64,000 nt of DNA from the human T2T-CHM13v2.0 reference genome, Homo sapiens. This document shows positions 1-20,234 of the stretch, piece after piece. The position numbers and the translations under genes were made by a program. The stretch lies in the NCBI RefSeq assembly GCF_009914755.1, contig NC_060948.1. The stretch is one strand, 5' to 3'. Below the pieces are notes generated by a model. The model was not told the origin of the DNA, ran no database searches, and saw only the letters and a program-made list of their open reading frames with translations. How positions within the stretch are numbered: position 1 is the stretch's first letter; each line of letters begins with the position of its first letter.

Positions 1-868
<868 letters not shown>

Positions 869-1440
869 AGATCCGTATTTTTTAAATGAAAAAAAATTTC
901 AAAGGTACTCTGCTTGGTACAATAATCAAATGTATAAACTGAGGAATAAAACATAACCATGAAACCTACTTATAACTGCATATGGAAAATACAGAGGATA
1001 ATTTTTTAAATAACATATTTTGAAAGCCTTAACTAGTAATTTGAAGAGTTGGCATTTGAAAGGCCAGTATGAATATACCTTCAAAGCAGCAACACAGGTT
1101 CCCCATGAGAAAAAGCAAACACAGGGAAAATAAAAACACAAAGGTTCAATCTCTTCTGACCTTTGAAAGACACAGCACAGACAGTGGTCCTTAGGACGAA
1201 GAGCAGGAGACCCCTAATTCCGTCACCATGGCGATAGGGCATAAACATTGCTGGGTGAGGGCACAATCCACATTGTGAGGTCCAACTGCTGCCAGGAAGA
1301 CAGGAGTGCTTTTACATAGACCGAAAGGTCATTGAAGGCTCAGAGTTTTGTTTCAAGAACTGAATCCCAAGCCCACACGTTATTAGGCTGCGCTTCTTAA
1401 AACAAGTTATGAGATGGGAAAAAGGGCACCCACAAACATA
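869..1440. repeat. HSATI-type segment of the DYZ2 unit (representative; follows every Alu copy)
   Basis: ~570 bp of higher-complexity non-Alu sequence between the Alu 5' end and the AT-rich domain. The name is assigned from known DYZ2 architecture, not from an alignment; boundaries are approximate. Confidence 0.75.
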
Positions 1441-3290
<1,850 letters not shown>

Positions 3291-5397
3291 AGATCCGTAT
3301 TTTTTAAATGAAAAAAAATTTCAAAGGTACTCTGCTTGGTACAATAATCAAATGTATAAACTGAGGAATAAAACATAACCATGAAACCTACTTATAACTG
3401 CATATGGAAAATACAGAGGATAATTTTTTAAATAACATATTTTGAAAGCCTTAACTAGTAATTTGAAGAGTTGGCATTTGAAAGGCCAGTATGAATATAC
3501 CTTCAAAGCAGCAACACAGGTTCCCCATGAGAAAAAGCAAACACAGGGAAAATAAAAACACAAAGGTTCAATCTCTTCTGACCTTTGAAAGACACAGCAC
3601 AGACAGTGGTCCTTAGGACGAAGAGCAGGAGACCCCTAATTCCGTCACCATGGCGATAGGGCATAAACATTGCTGGGTGAGGGCACAATCCACATTGTGA
3701 GGTCCAACTGCTGCCAGGAAGACAGGAGTGCTTTTACATAGACCGAAAGGTCATTGAAGGCTCAGAGTTTTGTTTCAAGAACTGAATCCCAAGCCCACAC
3801 GTTATTAGGCTGCGCTTCTTAAAACAAGTTATGAGATGGGAAAAAGGGCACCCACAAACATACGTATACATTATGTATATAATAATATACAGTATCATAT
3901 ATATAATATATATAACCTATGTATAATATTGTTTTACATCCTGCATCTTATGTTATATATATTGTATAAAATATAATAATTGATAATATATAAGTTTTAT
4001 AATTATACAATATGACATATAGTATATATTATAATTTATGACATATATAATATATGTTATATATCATATATAGAATATATTATACGGTTAATATACGTAT
4101 TAAATATAAATTATACCTTATATATATTATATATAATATATCTGTTATATATAATACCCATTATGCATAATATATATATTATGTCTATGTTATATATAGT
4201 ATAAAACAACATATAATAATATATAATTGTATATATAAAATGCGACATATAATATATATTATATTTTATAACATATGTAATATATATTATATATTATATA
4301 TAATACGTTGTATGTATAATACCTATATTAAATATATATTATATGACTATGTTATTAATTACATGTCACATGTGTTATATATTATATATTTTACATAGAA
4401 TATACCGGTTACATACAATATATACTATGTTACCTATAATGTATAATTGATTACATGTAAAATAAAGAATGCAATATATTATGTAAAATTTATAATATAC
4501 AATATGTGGAATGTGACATATGTAACATATAATATATGATATATGATATACAGTATATGATATATAACATACAATATATGATTCCTAATATATATGGTAT
4601 ACAATATATATTTTATGATATGTATTCTATATGTTTTATATTCCGTTATATATAACTATTTGAAATTATATATAACTGTATAATATTTTATGTAAATATG
4701 TAATATAATATATATAACTATATAATATATTATATATAACTATATATTATGTTATATATACTTTTATAACATAATTTACATAAAATATCATAATATAATA
4801 TATATTATATTATTTCATATTACATAATATATATTACATATCACCCAATATAACTAACATACATAATATTATAATATAGATTATATTATGTTATATTAAA
4901 TATCTTATATATCATGTATCATATATTCTATAATATATATTACACATTATATAATATGTATGTTGTCTATTATGTGATATATATAACTCAATATATAATT
5001 ATATTTTTATACATATAACTAGATAAACATGTAATTCTACATATTTTCATTTATAATATGTAGAATTATATAATCATATATAATTATTTATATTCTATAA
5101 AAAATTTTATCATTATATAAATTATAATATATAAAAATTATAATATGTACTACAAATATATATATATTATATATCATATATGATATAGTACCTTTGTTAT
5201 ATATCATAATACATATAAATGTGTATTATGTTATCTATAATTATATAATTTCATATATAAGATGTATAATATGTATCATATATTATATATGTTATGTAAT
5301 ATATATGGTATATATAAGATGACACAGGATAAATATTATATACTATGACATATAAAATATATGAGGTTATATGTTACATATAAGGCATAGCACATAA

Positions 5398-5712
<315 letters not shown>

Positions 5713-7840
5713 AGATCCATATTTTGTAAATGAAAAAAAATTTCAAAGGTACTCTGCTTGGTACAATAATCAAATGTATAAACTGAGGAATAAAACATAA
5801 CCATGAAACCTACTTATAACTGCATATGGAAAATACAGAGGATAATTTTTTAAATAACATATTTTGAAAGCCTTAACTAGTAATTTGAAGAGTTGGCATT
5901 TGAAAGGCCAGTATGAATAAACCTTCAAAGCAGCAACACAGGTTCCCCATGAGAAAAAGCAAACACAGGGAAAATAAAAACACAAAGGTTCAATCTCTTC
6001 TGACCTTTGAAAGACACAGCACAGACAGTGGTCCTTAGGACGAAGAGCAGGAGACCCCTAATTCCGTCACCATGGCGATAGGGCATAAACATTGCTGGGT
6101 GAGGGCACAATCCACATTGTGAGGTCCAACTGCTGCCAGGAAGACAGGAGTGCTTTTACATAGACCGAAAGGTCATTGAAGGCTCAGAGTTTTGTTTCAA
6201 GAACTGAATCCCAAGCCCACACGTTATTAGGCTGCGCTTCTTAAAACAAGTTATGAGATGGGAAAAAGGGCACCCACAAACATACGTATACATTATGTAT
6301 ATAATAATATACTGTATCATATATATAATATATATAACCTATGTATAATATTGTTTTACATCCTGCATCTTATGTTATATATATTGTATAAAATATAATA
6401 ATTGATAATATATAAGTTTTATAATTATACAATATGACATATAGTATATATTATAATTTATGACATATATAATATATGTTATATATCATATATAGAATAT
6501 ATTATACGGTTAATATACGTATTAAATATAAATTATACCTTATATATATTATATATAATATATCTGTTATATATAATACCCATTATGCATAATATATATA
6601 TTATGTCTATGTTATATATAGTATAAAACAACATATAATAATATATAATTGTATATATAAAATGCGACATATAATATATATTATATTTTATAACATATGT
6701 AATATATATCATATATTATATATAATACGTTGTATGTATAATACCTATATTAAATATATATTATATGACTATGTTATTAATTACATGTCACATGTGTTAT
6801 ATATTATATATTTTACATAGAATATACCGGTTACATACAATATATACTATGTTACCTATAATGTATAATTGATTACATGTAAAATAAAGAATGCAATATA
6901 TTATGTATAATTTATAATATACAATATGTGGAATGTGACATATGTAACATATAATATATGATATATGATATACAGTATATGATATATAACATACAATATA
7001 TGATTCCTAATATATATGGTATACAATATATATTTTATGATATGTATTCTATATGTTTTATATTCTGTTATATATAACTATTTGAAATTATATATAACTG
7101 TATAATATTTTATGTAAATATGTAATATAATATATATAACTATATACTATATTATATATAACTATATATTATGTTATATATACTTTTATAACATAATTTA
7201 CATAAAATATCATAATATAATATATATTATATTATTTCATATTACATAATATATATTACATATCACCCAATATAACTAACATACATAATATTATAATATA
7301 GATTATATTATGTTATATTAAATATCATATATATCATGTATCATATATTCTATAATATATATTACACATTATATAATATGTATGTTGTCTATTACGTGAT
7401 ATATATAACTCAATATATAATTATATTTTTATACATATAACTAGATAAACATGTAATTCTACATATTTTCATTTATAATATGTAGAATTATATAATCATA
7501 TATAATTATTTATATTCTATAAAAAATTTTATCATTATATAAATTATAATATATAAAAATTATAATATGTACTACAAATATATATATTATATATCATATA
7601 TGATATAGTACCTTTGTTATATATCATAATACATATAAATGTGTATTATGTTATCTATAATTATATAATTTCATATATAAGATGTATAATATGTATCATA
7701 TATTATATATGTTATGTAATATATATAGTATATATAAGATGACACAGGATAAATATTATATACTATGACATATAAAATATATGAGGTTATATGTTACATA
7801 TAAGGCATAGCACATAACATGTAATATATATCATATATAA

Positions 7841-8132
7841 TTTTTTTTTAGACAGAATCTTGTCCTGTTGCACAGGGTGGGGTACAATGGTGCCATCTTT
7901 GCTCACTGCAACTTCTGCCTCACGGGTCCAAGTGATTGTCCTCCCTCAGCCTCCCAGGTAGCTGGGACTACCCCACACTGGGACTACACCAGCTGCCACA
8001 ATGCCTAGCTAATTTTTTGGATTTTTAGTAGTGACAGCGTTTCACTGTATTGGCCAGGATGGTCTTGATCTCTTCACCTTGTGATCCCCTTGCCTTGGCC
8101 TCCAAATTTGCTGGGATTACAGGCCTGAGCCA
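7841..8132 (-). mobile_element. Diverged Alu, copy 4
   Basis: Near-identical to 577-868; carries ggtgcc, aagtga and ctacccc variants. Confidence 0.92.
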
Positions 8133-10260
8133 AGATCCATATTTTGTAAATGAAAAAAAATTTCAAAGGTACTCTGCTTGGTACAATAATCAAATGTATA
8201 AACTGAGGAATAAAACATAACCATGAAACCTACTTATAACTGCATATGGAAAATACAGAGGATAATTTTTTAAATAACATATTTTGAAAGCCTTAACTAG
8301 TAATTTGAAGAGTTGGCATTTGAAAGGCCAGTATGAATATACCTTCAAAGCAGCAACACAGGTTCCCCATGAGAAAAAGCAAACACAGGGAAAATAAAAA
8401 CACAAAGGTTCAATCTCTTCTGACCTTTGAAAGACACAGCACAGACAGTGGTCCTTAGGACGAAGAGCAGGAGACCCCTAATTCCGTCACCATGGCGATA
8501 GGGCATAAACATTGCTGGGTGAGGGCACAATCCACATTGTGAGGTCCAACTGCTGCCAGGAAGACAGGAGTGCTTTTACATAGACCGAAAGGTCATTGAA
8601 GGCTCAGAGTTTTGTTTCAAGAACTGAATCCCAAGCCCACACGTTATTAGGCTGCGCTTCTTAAAACAAGTTATGAGATGGGAAAAAGGGCACCCACAAA
8701 CATACGTATACATTATGTATATAATAATATACAGTATCATATATATAATATATATAACCTATGTATAATATTGTTTTACATCCTGCATCTTATGTTATAT
8801 ATATTGTATAAAATATAATAATTGATAATATATAAGTTTTATAATTATACAATATGACATATAGTATATATTATAATTGATGACATATATAATATATGTT
8901 ATATATCATATATAGAGTATATTATACGGTTAATATACGTATTAAATATAAATTATACCTTATACATATTATATATAATATATCTGTTATATATAATACC
9001 CATTATGCATAATATATATATTATGTCTATGTTATATATAGTATAAAACAACATATAATAATATATAATTGTATATATAAAATGCGACATATAATATATA
9101 TTATATTTTATAACATATGTAATATATATCATATATTATATATAATACGTTGTATGTATAATACCTATATTAAATATATATTATATGACTATGTTATTAA
9201 TTACATGTCACATGTGTTATATATTATATATTTTACATAGAATATACCGGTTACATACAATATATACTATGTTACCTATAATGTATAATTGATTACATGT
9301 AAAATAAAGAATGCAATATATTATGTATAATTTATAATATACAATATGTGGAATGTGACATATGTAACATATAATATATGATATATGATATACAGTATAT
9401 GATATATAACATACAATATATGATTCCTAATATATATGGTATACAATATATATTTTATGATATGTATTCTATATGTTTTATATTCTGTTATATATAACTA
9501 TTTGAAATTATATATAACTGTATAATATTTTATGTAAATATGTAATATAATATATATAACTATATACTATATTATATATAACTATATATTATGTTATATA
9601 TACTTTTATAACATAATTTACATAAAATATCATAATATAATATATATTATATTATTTCATATTACATAATATATATTACATATCACCCAATATAACTAAC
9701 ATACATAATATTATAATATAGATTATATTATGTTATATTAAATATCATATATATCATGTATCATATATTCTATAATATATATTACACATTATATAATATG
9801 TATGTTGTCTATTACGTGATATATATAACTCAATATATAATTATATTTTTATACATATAACTAGATAAACATGTAATTCTACATATTTTCATTTATAATA
9901 TGTAGAATTATATAATCATATATAATTATTTATATTCTATAAAAAATTTTATCATTATATAAATTATAATATATAAAAATTATAATATGTACTACAAATA
10001 TATATATTATATATCATATATGATATAGTACCTTTGTTATATATCATAATACATATAAATGTGTATTATGTTATCTATAATTATATAATTTCATATATAA
10101 GATGTATAATATGTATCATATATTATATATGTTATGTAATATATATAGTATATATAAGATGACACAGGATAAATATTATATACTATGACATATAAAATAT
10201 ATGAGGTTATATGTTACATATAAGGCATAGCACATAACATGTAATATATATCATATATAA

Positions 10261-10552
10261 TTTTTTTTTAGACAGAATCTTGTCCTGTTGCACAGGGTGG
10301 GGTACAATGGTGCCATCTTTGCTCACTGCAACTTCTGCCTCACGGGTCCAAGTGATTGTCCTCCCTCAGCCTCCCAGGTAGCTGGGACTACCCCACACTG
10401 GGACTACACCAGCTGCCACAATGCCTAGCTAATTTTTTGGATTTTTAGTAGTGACAGCGTTTCACTGTATTGGCCAGGATGGTCTTGATCTCTTCACCTT
10501 GTGATCCCCTTGCCTTGGCCTCCAAATTTGCTGGGATTACAGGCCTGAGCCA
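10261..10552 (-). mobile_element. Diverged Alu, copy 5
   Basis: Same variants as copy 4. Confidence 0.92.
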
Positions 10553-12680
10553 AGATCCATATTTTGTAAATGAAAAAAAATTTCAAAGGTACTCTGCTTG
10601 GTACAATAATCAAATGTATAAACTGAGGAATAAAACATAACCATGAAACCTACTTATAACTGCATATGGAAAATACAGAGGATAATTTTTTAAATAACAT
10701 ATTTTGAAAGCCTTAACTAGTAATTTGAAGAGTTGGCATTTGAAAGGCCAGTATGAATATACCTTCAAAGCAGCAACACAGGTTCCCCATGAGAAAAAGC
10801 AAACACAGGGAAAATAAAAACACAAAGGTTCAATCTCTTCTGACCTTTGAAAGACACAGCACAGACAGTGGTCCTTAGGACGAAGAGCAGGAGACCCCTA
10901 ATTCCGTCACCATGGCGATAGGGCATAAACATTGCTGGGTGAGGGCACAATCCACATTGTGAGGTCCAACTGCTGCCAGGAAGACAGGAGTGCTTTTACA
11001 TAGACCGAAAGGTCATTGAAGGCTCAGAGTTTTGTTTCAAGAACTGAATCCCAAGCCCACACGTTATTAGGCTGCGCTTCTTAAAACAAGTTATGAGATG
11101 GGAAAAAGGGCACCCACAAACATACGTATACATTATGTATATAATAATATACAGTATCATATATATAATATATATAACCTATGTATAATATTGTTTTACA
11201 TCCTGCATCTTATGTTATATATATTGTATAAAATATAATAATTGATAATATATAAGTTTTATAATTATACAATATGACATATAGTATATATTATAATTGA
11301 TGACATATATAATATATGTTATATATCATATATAGAGTATATTATACGGTTAATATACGTATTAAATATAAATTATACCTTATACATATTATATATAATA
11401 TATCTGTTATATATAATACCCATTATGCATAATATATATATTATGTCTATGTTATATATAGTATAAAACAACATATAATAATATATAATTGTATATATAA
11501 AATGCGACATATAATATATATTATATTTTATAACATATGTAATATATATCATATATTATATATAATACGTTGTATGTATAATACCTATATTAAATATATA
11601 TTATATGACTATGTTATTAATTACATGTCACATGTGTTATATATTATATATTTTACATAGAATATACCGGTTACATACAATATATACTATGTTACCTATA
11701 ATGTATAATTGATTACATGTAAAATAAAGAATGCAATATATTATGTATAATTTATAATATACAATATGTGGAATGTGACATATGTAACATATAATATATG
11801 ATATATGATATACAGTATATGATATATAACATACAATATATGATTCCTAATATATATGGTATACAATATATATTTTATGATATGTATTCTATATGTTTTA
11901 TATTCTGTTATATATAACTATTTGAAATTATATATAACTGTATAATATTTTATGTAAATATGTAATATAATATATATAACTATATACTATATTATATATA
12001 ACTATATATTATGTTATATATACTTTTATAACATAATTTACATAAAATATCATAATATAATATATATTATATTATTTCATATTACATAATATATATTACA
12101 TATCACCCAATATAACTAACATACATAATATTATAATATAGATTATATTATGTTATATTAAATATCATATATATCATGTATCATATATTCTATAATATAT
12201 ATTACACATTATATAATATGTATGTTGTCTATTACGTGATATATATAACTCAATATATAATTATATTTTTATACATATAACTAGATAAACATGTAATTCT
12301 ACATATTTTCATTTATAATATGTAGAATTATATAATCATATATAATTATTTATATTCTATAAAAAATTTTATCATTATATAAATTATAATATATAAAAAT
12401 TATAATATGTACTACAAATATATATATTATATATCATATATGATATAGTACCTTTGTTATATATCATAATACATATAAATGTGTATTATGTTATCTATAA
12501 TTATATAATTTCATATATAAGATGTATAATATGTATCATATATTATATATGTTATGTAATATATATAGTATATATAAGATGACACAGGATAAATATTATA
12601 TACTATGACATATAAAATATATGAGGTTATATGTTACATATAAGGCATAGCACATAACATGTAATATATATCATATATAA

Positions 12681-12972
12681 TTTTTTTTTAGACAGAATCT
12701 TGTCCTGTTGCACAGGGTGGGGTACAATGGTGCCATCTTTGCTCACTGCAACTTCTGCCTCACGGGTCCAAGTGATTGTCCTCCCTCAGCCTCCCAGGTA
12801 GCTGGGACTACCCCACACTGGGACTACACCAGCTGCCACAATGCCTAGCTAATTTTTTGGATTTTTAGTAGTGACAGCGTTTCACTGTATTGGCCAGGAT
12901 GGTCTTGATCTCTTCACCTTGTGATCCCCTTGCCTTGGCCTCCAAATTTGCTGGGATTACAGGCCTGAGCCA
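12681..12972 (-). mobile_element. Diverged Alu, copy 6
   Basis: Same variants as copy 4. Confidence 0.92.
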
Positions 12973-15077
12973 AGATCCATATTTTGTAAATGAAAAAAAA
13001 TTTCAAAGGTACTCTGCTTGGTACAATAATCAAATGTATAAACTGAGGAATAAAACATAACCATGAAACCTACTTATAACTGCATATGGAAAATACAGAG
13101 GATAATTTTTTAAATAACATATTTTGAAAGCCTTAACTAGTAATTTGAAGAGTTGGCATTTGAAAGGCCAGTATGAATATACCTTCAAAGCAGCAACACA
13201 GGTTCCCCATGAGAAAAAGCAAACACAGGGAAAATAAAAACACAAAGGTTCAATCTCTTCTGACCTTTGAAAGACACAGCACAGACAGTGGTCCTTAGGA
13301 CGAAGAGCAGGAGACCCCTAATTCCGTCACCATGGCGATAGGGCATAAACATTGCTGGGTGAGGGCACAATCCACATTGTGAGGTCCAACTGCTGCCAGG
13401 AAGACAGGAGTGCTTTTACATAGACCGAAAGGTCATTGAAGGCTCAGAGTTTTGTTTCAAGAACTGAATCCCAAGCCCACACGTTATTAGGCTGCGCTTC
13501 TTAAAACAAGTTATGAGATGGGAAAAAGGGCACCCACAAACATACGTATACATTATGTATATAATAATATACAGTATCATATATATAATATATATAACCT
13601 ATGTATAATATTGTTTTACATCCTGCATCTTATGTTATATATATTGTATAAAATATAATAATTGATAATATATAAGTTTTATAATTATACAATATGACAT
13701 ATAGTATATATTATAATTGATGACATATATAATATATGTTATATATCATATATAGAGTATATTATACGGTTAATATACGTATTAAATATAAATTATACCT
13801 TATACATATTATATATAATATATCTGTTATATATAATACCCATTATGCATAATATATATATTATGTCTATGTTATATATAGTATAAAACAACATATAATA
13901 ATATATAATTGTATATATAAAATGCGACATATAATATATATTATATTTTATAACATATGTAATATATATCATATATTATATATAATACGTTGTATGTATA
14001 ATACCTATATTAAATATATATTATATGACTATGTTATTAATTACATGTCACATGTGTTATATATTATATATTTTACATAGAATATACCGGTTACATACAA
14101 TATATACTATGTTACCTATAATGTATAATTTATTACATGTAAAATAAAGAATGCAATATATTATGTATAATTTATAATATACAATATGTGGAATGTGACA
14201 TATGTAACATATAATATATGATATATGATATACAGTATATGATATATAACATACAATATATGATTCCTAATATATATGGTATACAATATATATTTTATGA
14301 TATGTATTCTATATGTTTTATATTCTGTTATATATAACTATTTGAAATTATATATAACTGTATAATATTTTATGTAAATATGTAATATAATATATATAAC
14401 TATATACTATATTATATATAACTATATATTATGTTATATATACTTTTATAACATAATTTACATAAAATATCATAATATAATATATATTATATTATTTCAT
14501 ATTACATAATATATATTACATATCACCCAATATAACTAACATACATAATATTATAATATAGATTATATTATGTTATATTAAATATCATATATATCATGTA
14601 TTATATATTCTATAATATATATTACACATTATATAATATGTATGTTGTCTATTACGTGATATATATAACTCAATATATAATTATATTTTTATACATATAA
14701 CTAGATAAACATGTAATTCTACATATTTTCATTTATAATATGTAGAATTATATAATCATATATAATTATTTATATTCTATAAAAAATTTTATCATTATAT
14801 AAATTATAATATATAAAAATTATAATATGTACTACAAATATATATATTATATATCATATATGATATAGTACCTTTGTTATATATCATAATACATATAAAT
14901 GTGTATTATGTTATCTATAATTATATAATTTCATATATAAGATGTATAATATGTATCATATATTATATATGTTATGTAATATATATAGTATATATAAGAT
15001 GACACAGGATAAATATTATATACTATGACATATAAAATATATGAGGTTATATGTTACATATAAGGCATAGCACATAA

Positions 15078-15392
<315 letters not shown>

Positions 15393-17522
15393 AGATCCAT
15401 ATTTTTTAAATGAAAAAAAATTTCAAAGGTACTCTGCTTGGTACAATAATCAAATGTATAAACTGAGGAATAAAACATAACCATGAAACCTACTTATAAC
15501 TGCATATGGAAAATACAGAGGATAATTTTTTAAATAACATATTTTGAAAGCCTTAACTAGTAATTTGAAGAGTTGGCATTTGAAAGGCCAGTATGAATAT
15601 ACCTTCAAAGCAGCAACACAGGTTCCCCATGAGAAAAAGCAAACACAGGGAAAATAAAAACACAAAGGTTCAATCTCTTCTGACCTTTGAAAGACACAGC
15701 ACAGACAGTGGTCCTTAGGACGAAGAGCAGGAGACCCCTAATTCCGTCACCATGGCGATAGGGCATAAACATTGCTGGGTGAGGGCACAATCCACATTGT
15801 GAGGTCCAACTGCTGCCAGGAAGACAGGAGTGCTTTTACATAGACCGAAAGGTCATTGAAGGCTCAGAGTTTTGTTTCAAGAACTGAATCCCAAGCCCAC
15901 ACGTTATTAGGCTGCGCTTCTTAAAACAAGTTATGAGATGGGAAAAAGGGCACCCACAAACATACGTATACATTATGTATATAATAATATACAGTATCAT
16001 ATATATAATATATATAACCTATGTATAATATTGTTTTACATCCTGCATCTTATGTTATATATATTGTATAAAATATAATAATTGATAATATATAAGTTTT
16101 ATAATTATACAATATGACATATAGTATATATTATAATTGATGACATATATAATATATGTTATATATCATATATAGAGTATATTATACGGTTAATATACGT
16201 ATTAAATATAAATTATACCTTATACATATTATATATAATATATCTGTTATATATAATACACATTATGCATAATATATATATTATGTCTATGTTATATATA
16301 GTATAAAACAACATATAATAATATATAATTGTATATATAAAATGCGACATATAATATATATTATATTTTATAACATATGTAATATATATCATATATTATA
16401 TATAATACGTTGTATGTATAATACCTATATTAAATATATATTATATGACTATGTTATTAATTACATGTCACATGTGTTATATATTATATATTTTACATAG
16501 AATATACCGGTTACATACAATATATACTATGTTACCTATAATGTATAATTTATTACATGTAAAATAAAGAATGCAATATATTATGTATAATTTATAATAT
16601 ACAATATGTGGAATGTGACATATGTAACATATAATATATGATATATGATATACAGTATATGATATATAACATACAATATATGATTCCTAATATATATGGT
16701 ATACAATATATATTTTATGATATGTATTCTATATGTTTTATATTCTGTTATATATAACTATTTGAAATTATATATAACTGTATAATATTTTATGTAAATA
16801 TGTAATATAATATATATAACTATATAATATATTATATATAACTATATATTATGTTATATATACTTTTATAACATAATTTACATAAAATATCATAATATAA
16901 TATATATTATATTATTTCATATTACATAATATATATTACATATCACCCAATATAACTAACATACATAATATTATAATATAGATTATATTATGTTATATTA
17001 AATATCATATATATCATGTATCATATATTCTATAATATATATTACACATTATATAATATGTATGTTGTCTATTATGTGATATATATAACTATATATATAA
17101 TTATATTTTTATACATATAACTAGATAAACATGTAATTCTACATATATTCATTTGTAATATGTAGAATTATATAATCATATATAATTATTTATATTCTAT
17201 AAAAAATTTTATCATTATATAAATTATAATATATAAAAATTATAATATGTACTACAAATATATATATATTATATATCATATATGATATACTACCTTTGTT
17301 ATATATCATAATACATATAAATGTGTATTATGTTATCTATAATTATATAATTTCATATATAAGATGTATAATATGTATCATATATTATATATGTTATGTA
17401 ATATATATAGTATATATAAGATGACACAGGATAAATATTATATACTATGACATATAAAATATATGAGGTTATATGTTACATATAAGGCATAGCACATAAC
17501 ATGTAATATATATCATATATAA

Positions 17523-17814
17523 TTTTTTTTTAGACAGAATCTTGTCCTGTTGCACAGGGTGGGGTACAATGGCGCCATCTTTCCTCACTGCAACTTCTGC
17601 CTCACGGGTCCAAGCGATTGTCCTCCCTCAGCCTCCCAGGTAGCTGGGACTACACCACACTGGGACTACACCAGCTGCCACCATGCCTTGCTAATTTTTT
17701 GGATTTTTAGTAGTGACAGCGTTTCACTGTATTGGCCAGGATGGTCTTGATCTCTTCACCTTGTGATCCCCTTGCCTTGGCCTCCAAATTTGCTGGGATT
17801 ACAGGCCTGAGCCA
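17523..17814 (-). mobile_element. Diverged Alu, copy 8
   Basis: Near-identical to 577-868. Confidence 0.92.
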
Positions 17815-19919
17815 AGATCCGTATTTTTTAAATGAAAAAAAATTTCAAAGGTACTCTGCTTGGTACAATAATCAAATGTATAAACTGAGGAATAAAACAT
17901 AACCATGAAACCTACTTATAACTGCATATGGAAAATACAGAGGATAATTTTTTAAATAACATATTTTGAAAGCCTTAACTAGTAATTTGAAGAGTTGGCA
18001 TTTGAAAGGCCAGTATGAATATACCTTCAAAGCAGCAACACAGGTTCCCCATGAGAAAAAGCAAACACAGGGAAAATAAAAACACAAAGGTTCAATCTCT
18101 TCTGACCTTTGAAAGACACAGCACAGACAGTGGTCCTTAGGACGAAGAGCAGGAGACCCCTAATTCCGTCACCATGGCGATAGGGCATAAACATTGCTGG
18201 GTGAGGGCACAATCCACATTGTGAGGTCCAACTGCTGCCAGGAAGACAGGAGTGCTTTTACATAGACCGAAAGGTCATTGAAGGCTCAGAGTTTTGTTTC
18301 AAGAACTGAATCCCAAGCCCACACGTTATTAGGCTGCGCTTCTTAAAACAAGTTATGAGATGGGAAAAAGGGCACCCACAAACATACGTATACATTATGT
18401 ATATAATAATATACAGTATCATATATATAATATATATAACCTATGTATAATATTGTTTTACATCCTGCATCTTATGTTATATATATTGTATAAAATATAA
18501 TAATTGATAATATATAAGTTTTATAATTATACAATATGACATATAGTATATATTATAATTTATGACATATATAATATATGTTATATGTCATATATAGAAT
18601 ATATTATACGGTTAATATACGTATTAAATATAAATTATACATTATATATATTATATATAATATATCTGTTATATATAATACCCATTATGCATAATATATA
18701 TATTATGTCTATGTTATATATAGTATAAAACAACATATAATAATATATAATTGTATATATAAAATGCGACATATAATATATATTATATTTTATAACATAT
18801 GTAATATATATCATATATTATATATAATACGTTGTATGTATAATACCTATATTAAATATATATTATATGACTATGTTATTAATTACATGTCACATGTGTT
18901 ATATATTATATATTTTACATAGAATATACCGGTTACATACAATATATACTATGTTACCTATAATGTATAATTGATTACATGTAAAATAAAGAATGCAATA
19001 TATTATGTATAATTTATAATATACAATATGTGGAATGTGACATATGTAACATATAATATATGATATATGATATACAGTATATGATATATAACATACAATA
19101 TATGATTCCTAATATATATGGTATACAATATATATTTTATGATATGTATTCTATATGTTTTATATTCTGTTATATATAACTATTTGAAATTATATATAAC
19201 TGTATAATATTTTATGTAAATATGTAATATAATATATATAACTATATAATATATTATATATAACTATATATTATGTTATATATACTTTTATAACATAATT
19301 TACATAAAATATCATAATATAATATATATTATATTATTTCATATTACATAATATATATTACATATCACCCAATATAACTAACATACATAATATTATAATA
19401 TAGATTATATTATGTTATATTAAATATCATATATATCATGTATCATATATTCTATAATATATATTACACATTATATAATATGTATGTTGTCTATTATGTG
19501 ATATATATAACTATATATATAATTATATTTTTATACATATAACTAGATAAACATGTAATTCTACATATTTTCATTTGTAATATGTAGAATTATATAATCA
19601 TATATAATTATTTATATTCTATAAAAAATTTTATCATTATATAAATTATAATATATAAAAATTATAATATGTACTACATATATATATATTATATATCATA
19701 TATGATATAGTACCTTTGTTATATATCATAATACATATAAATGTGTATTATGTTATCTATAATTATATAATTTCATATATAAGATGTATAATATGTATCA
19801 TATATTATATATGTTATGTAATATATATAGTATATATAAGATGACACAGGATAAATATTATATACTATGACATATAAAATATATGAGGTTATATGTTACA
19901 TATAAGGCATAGCACATAA

Positions 19920-20234
<315 letters not shown>

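Noticed and set aside
945-1134. AATAAA polyadenylation signals, plus a variant-created one at ~5916, ~30122 and ~32545
   Set aside because: Common by chance in AT-rich DNA, with no associated gene structure.
926-1266. Overlapping 71-aa and 61-aa minus-strand ORFs repeated in every unit, resembling a tandem gene array or toxin-antitoxin pair
   Set aside because: Both start at TTG, resemble no protein family I recognise, and their conservation simply reflects near-identity of the whole unit, including non-ORF DNA.
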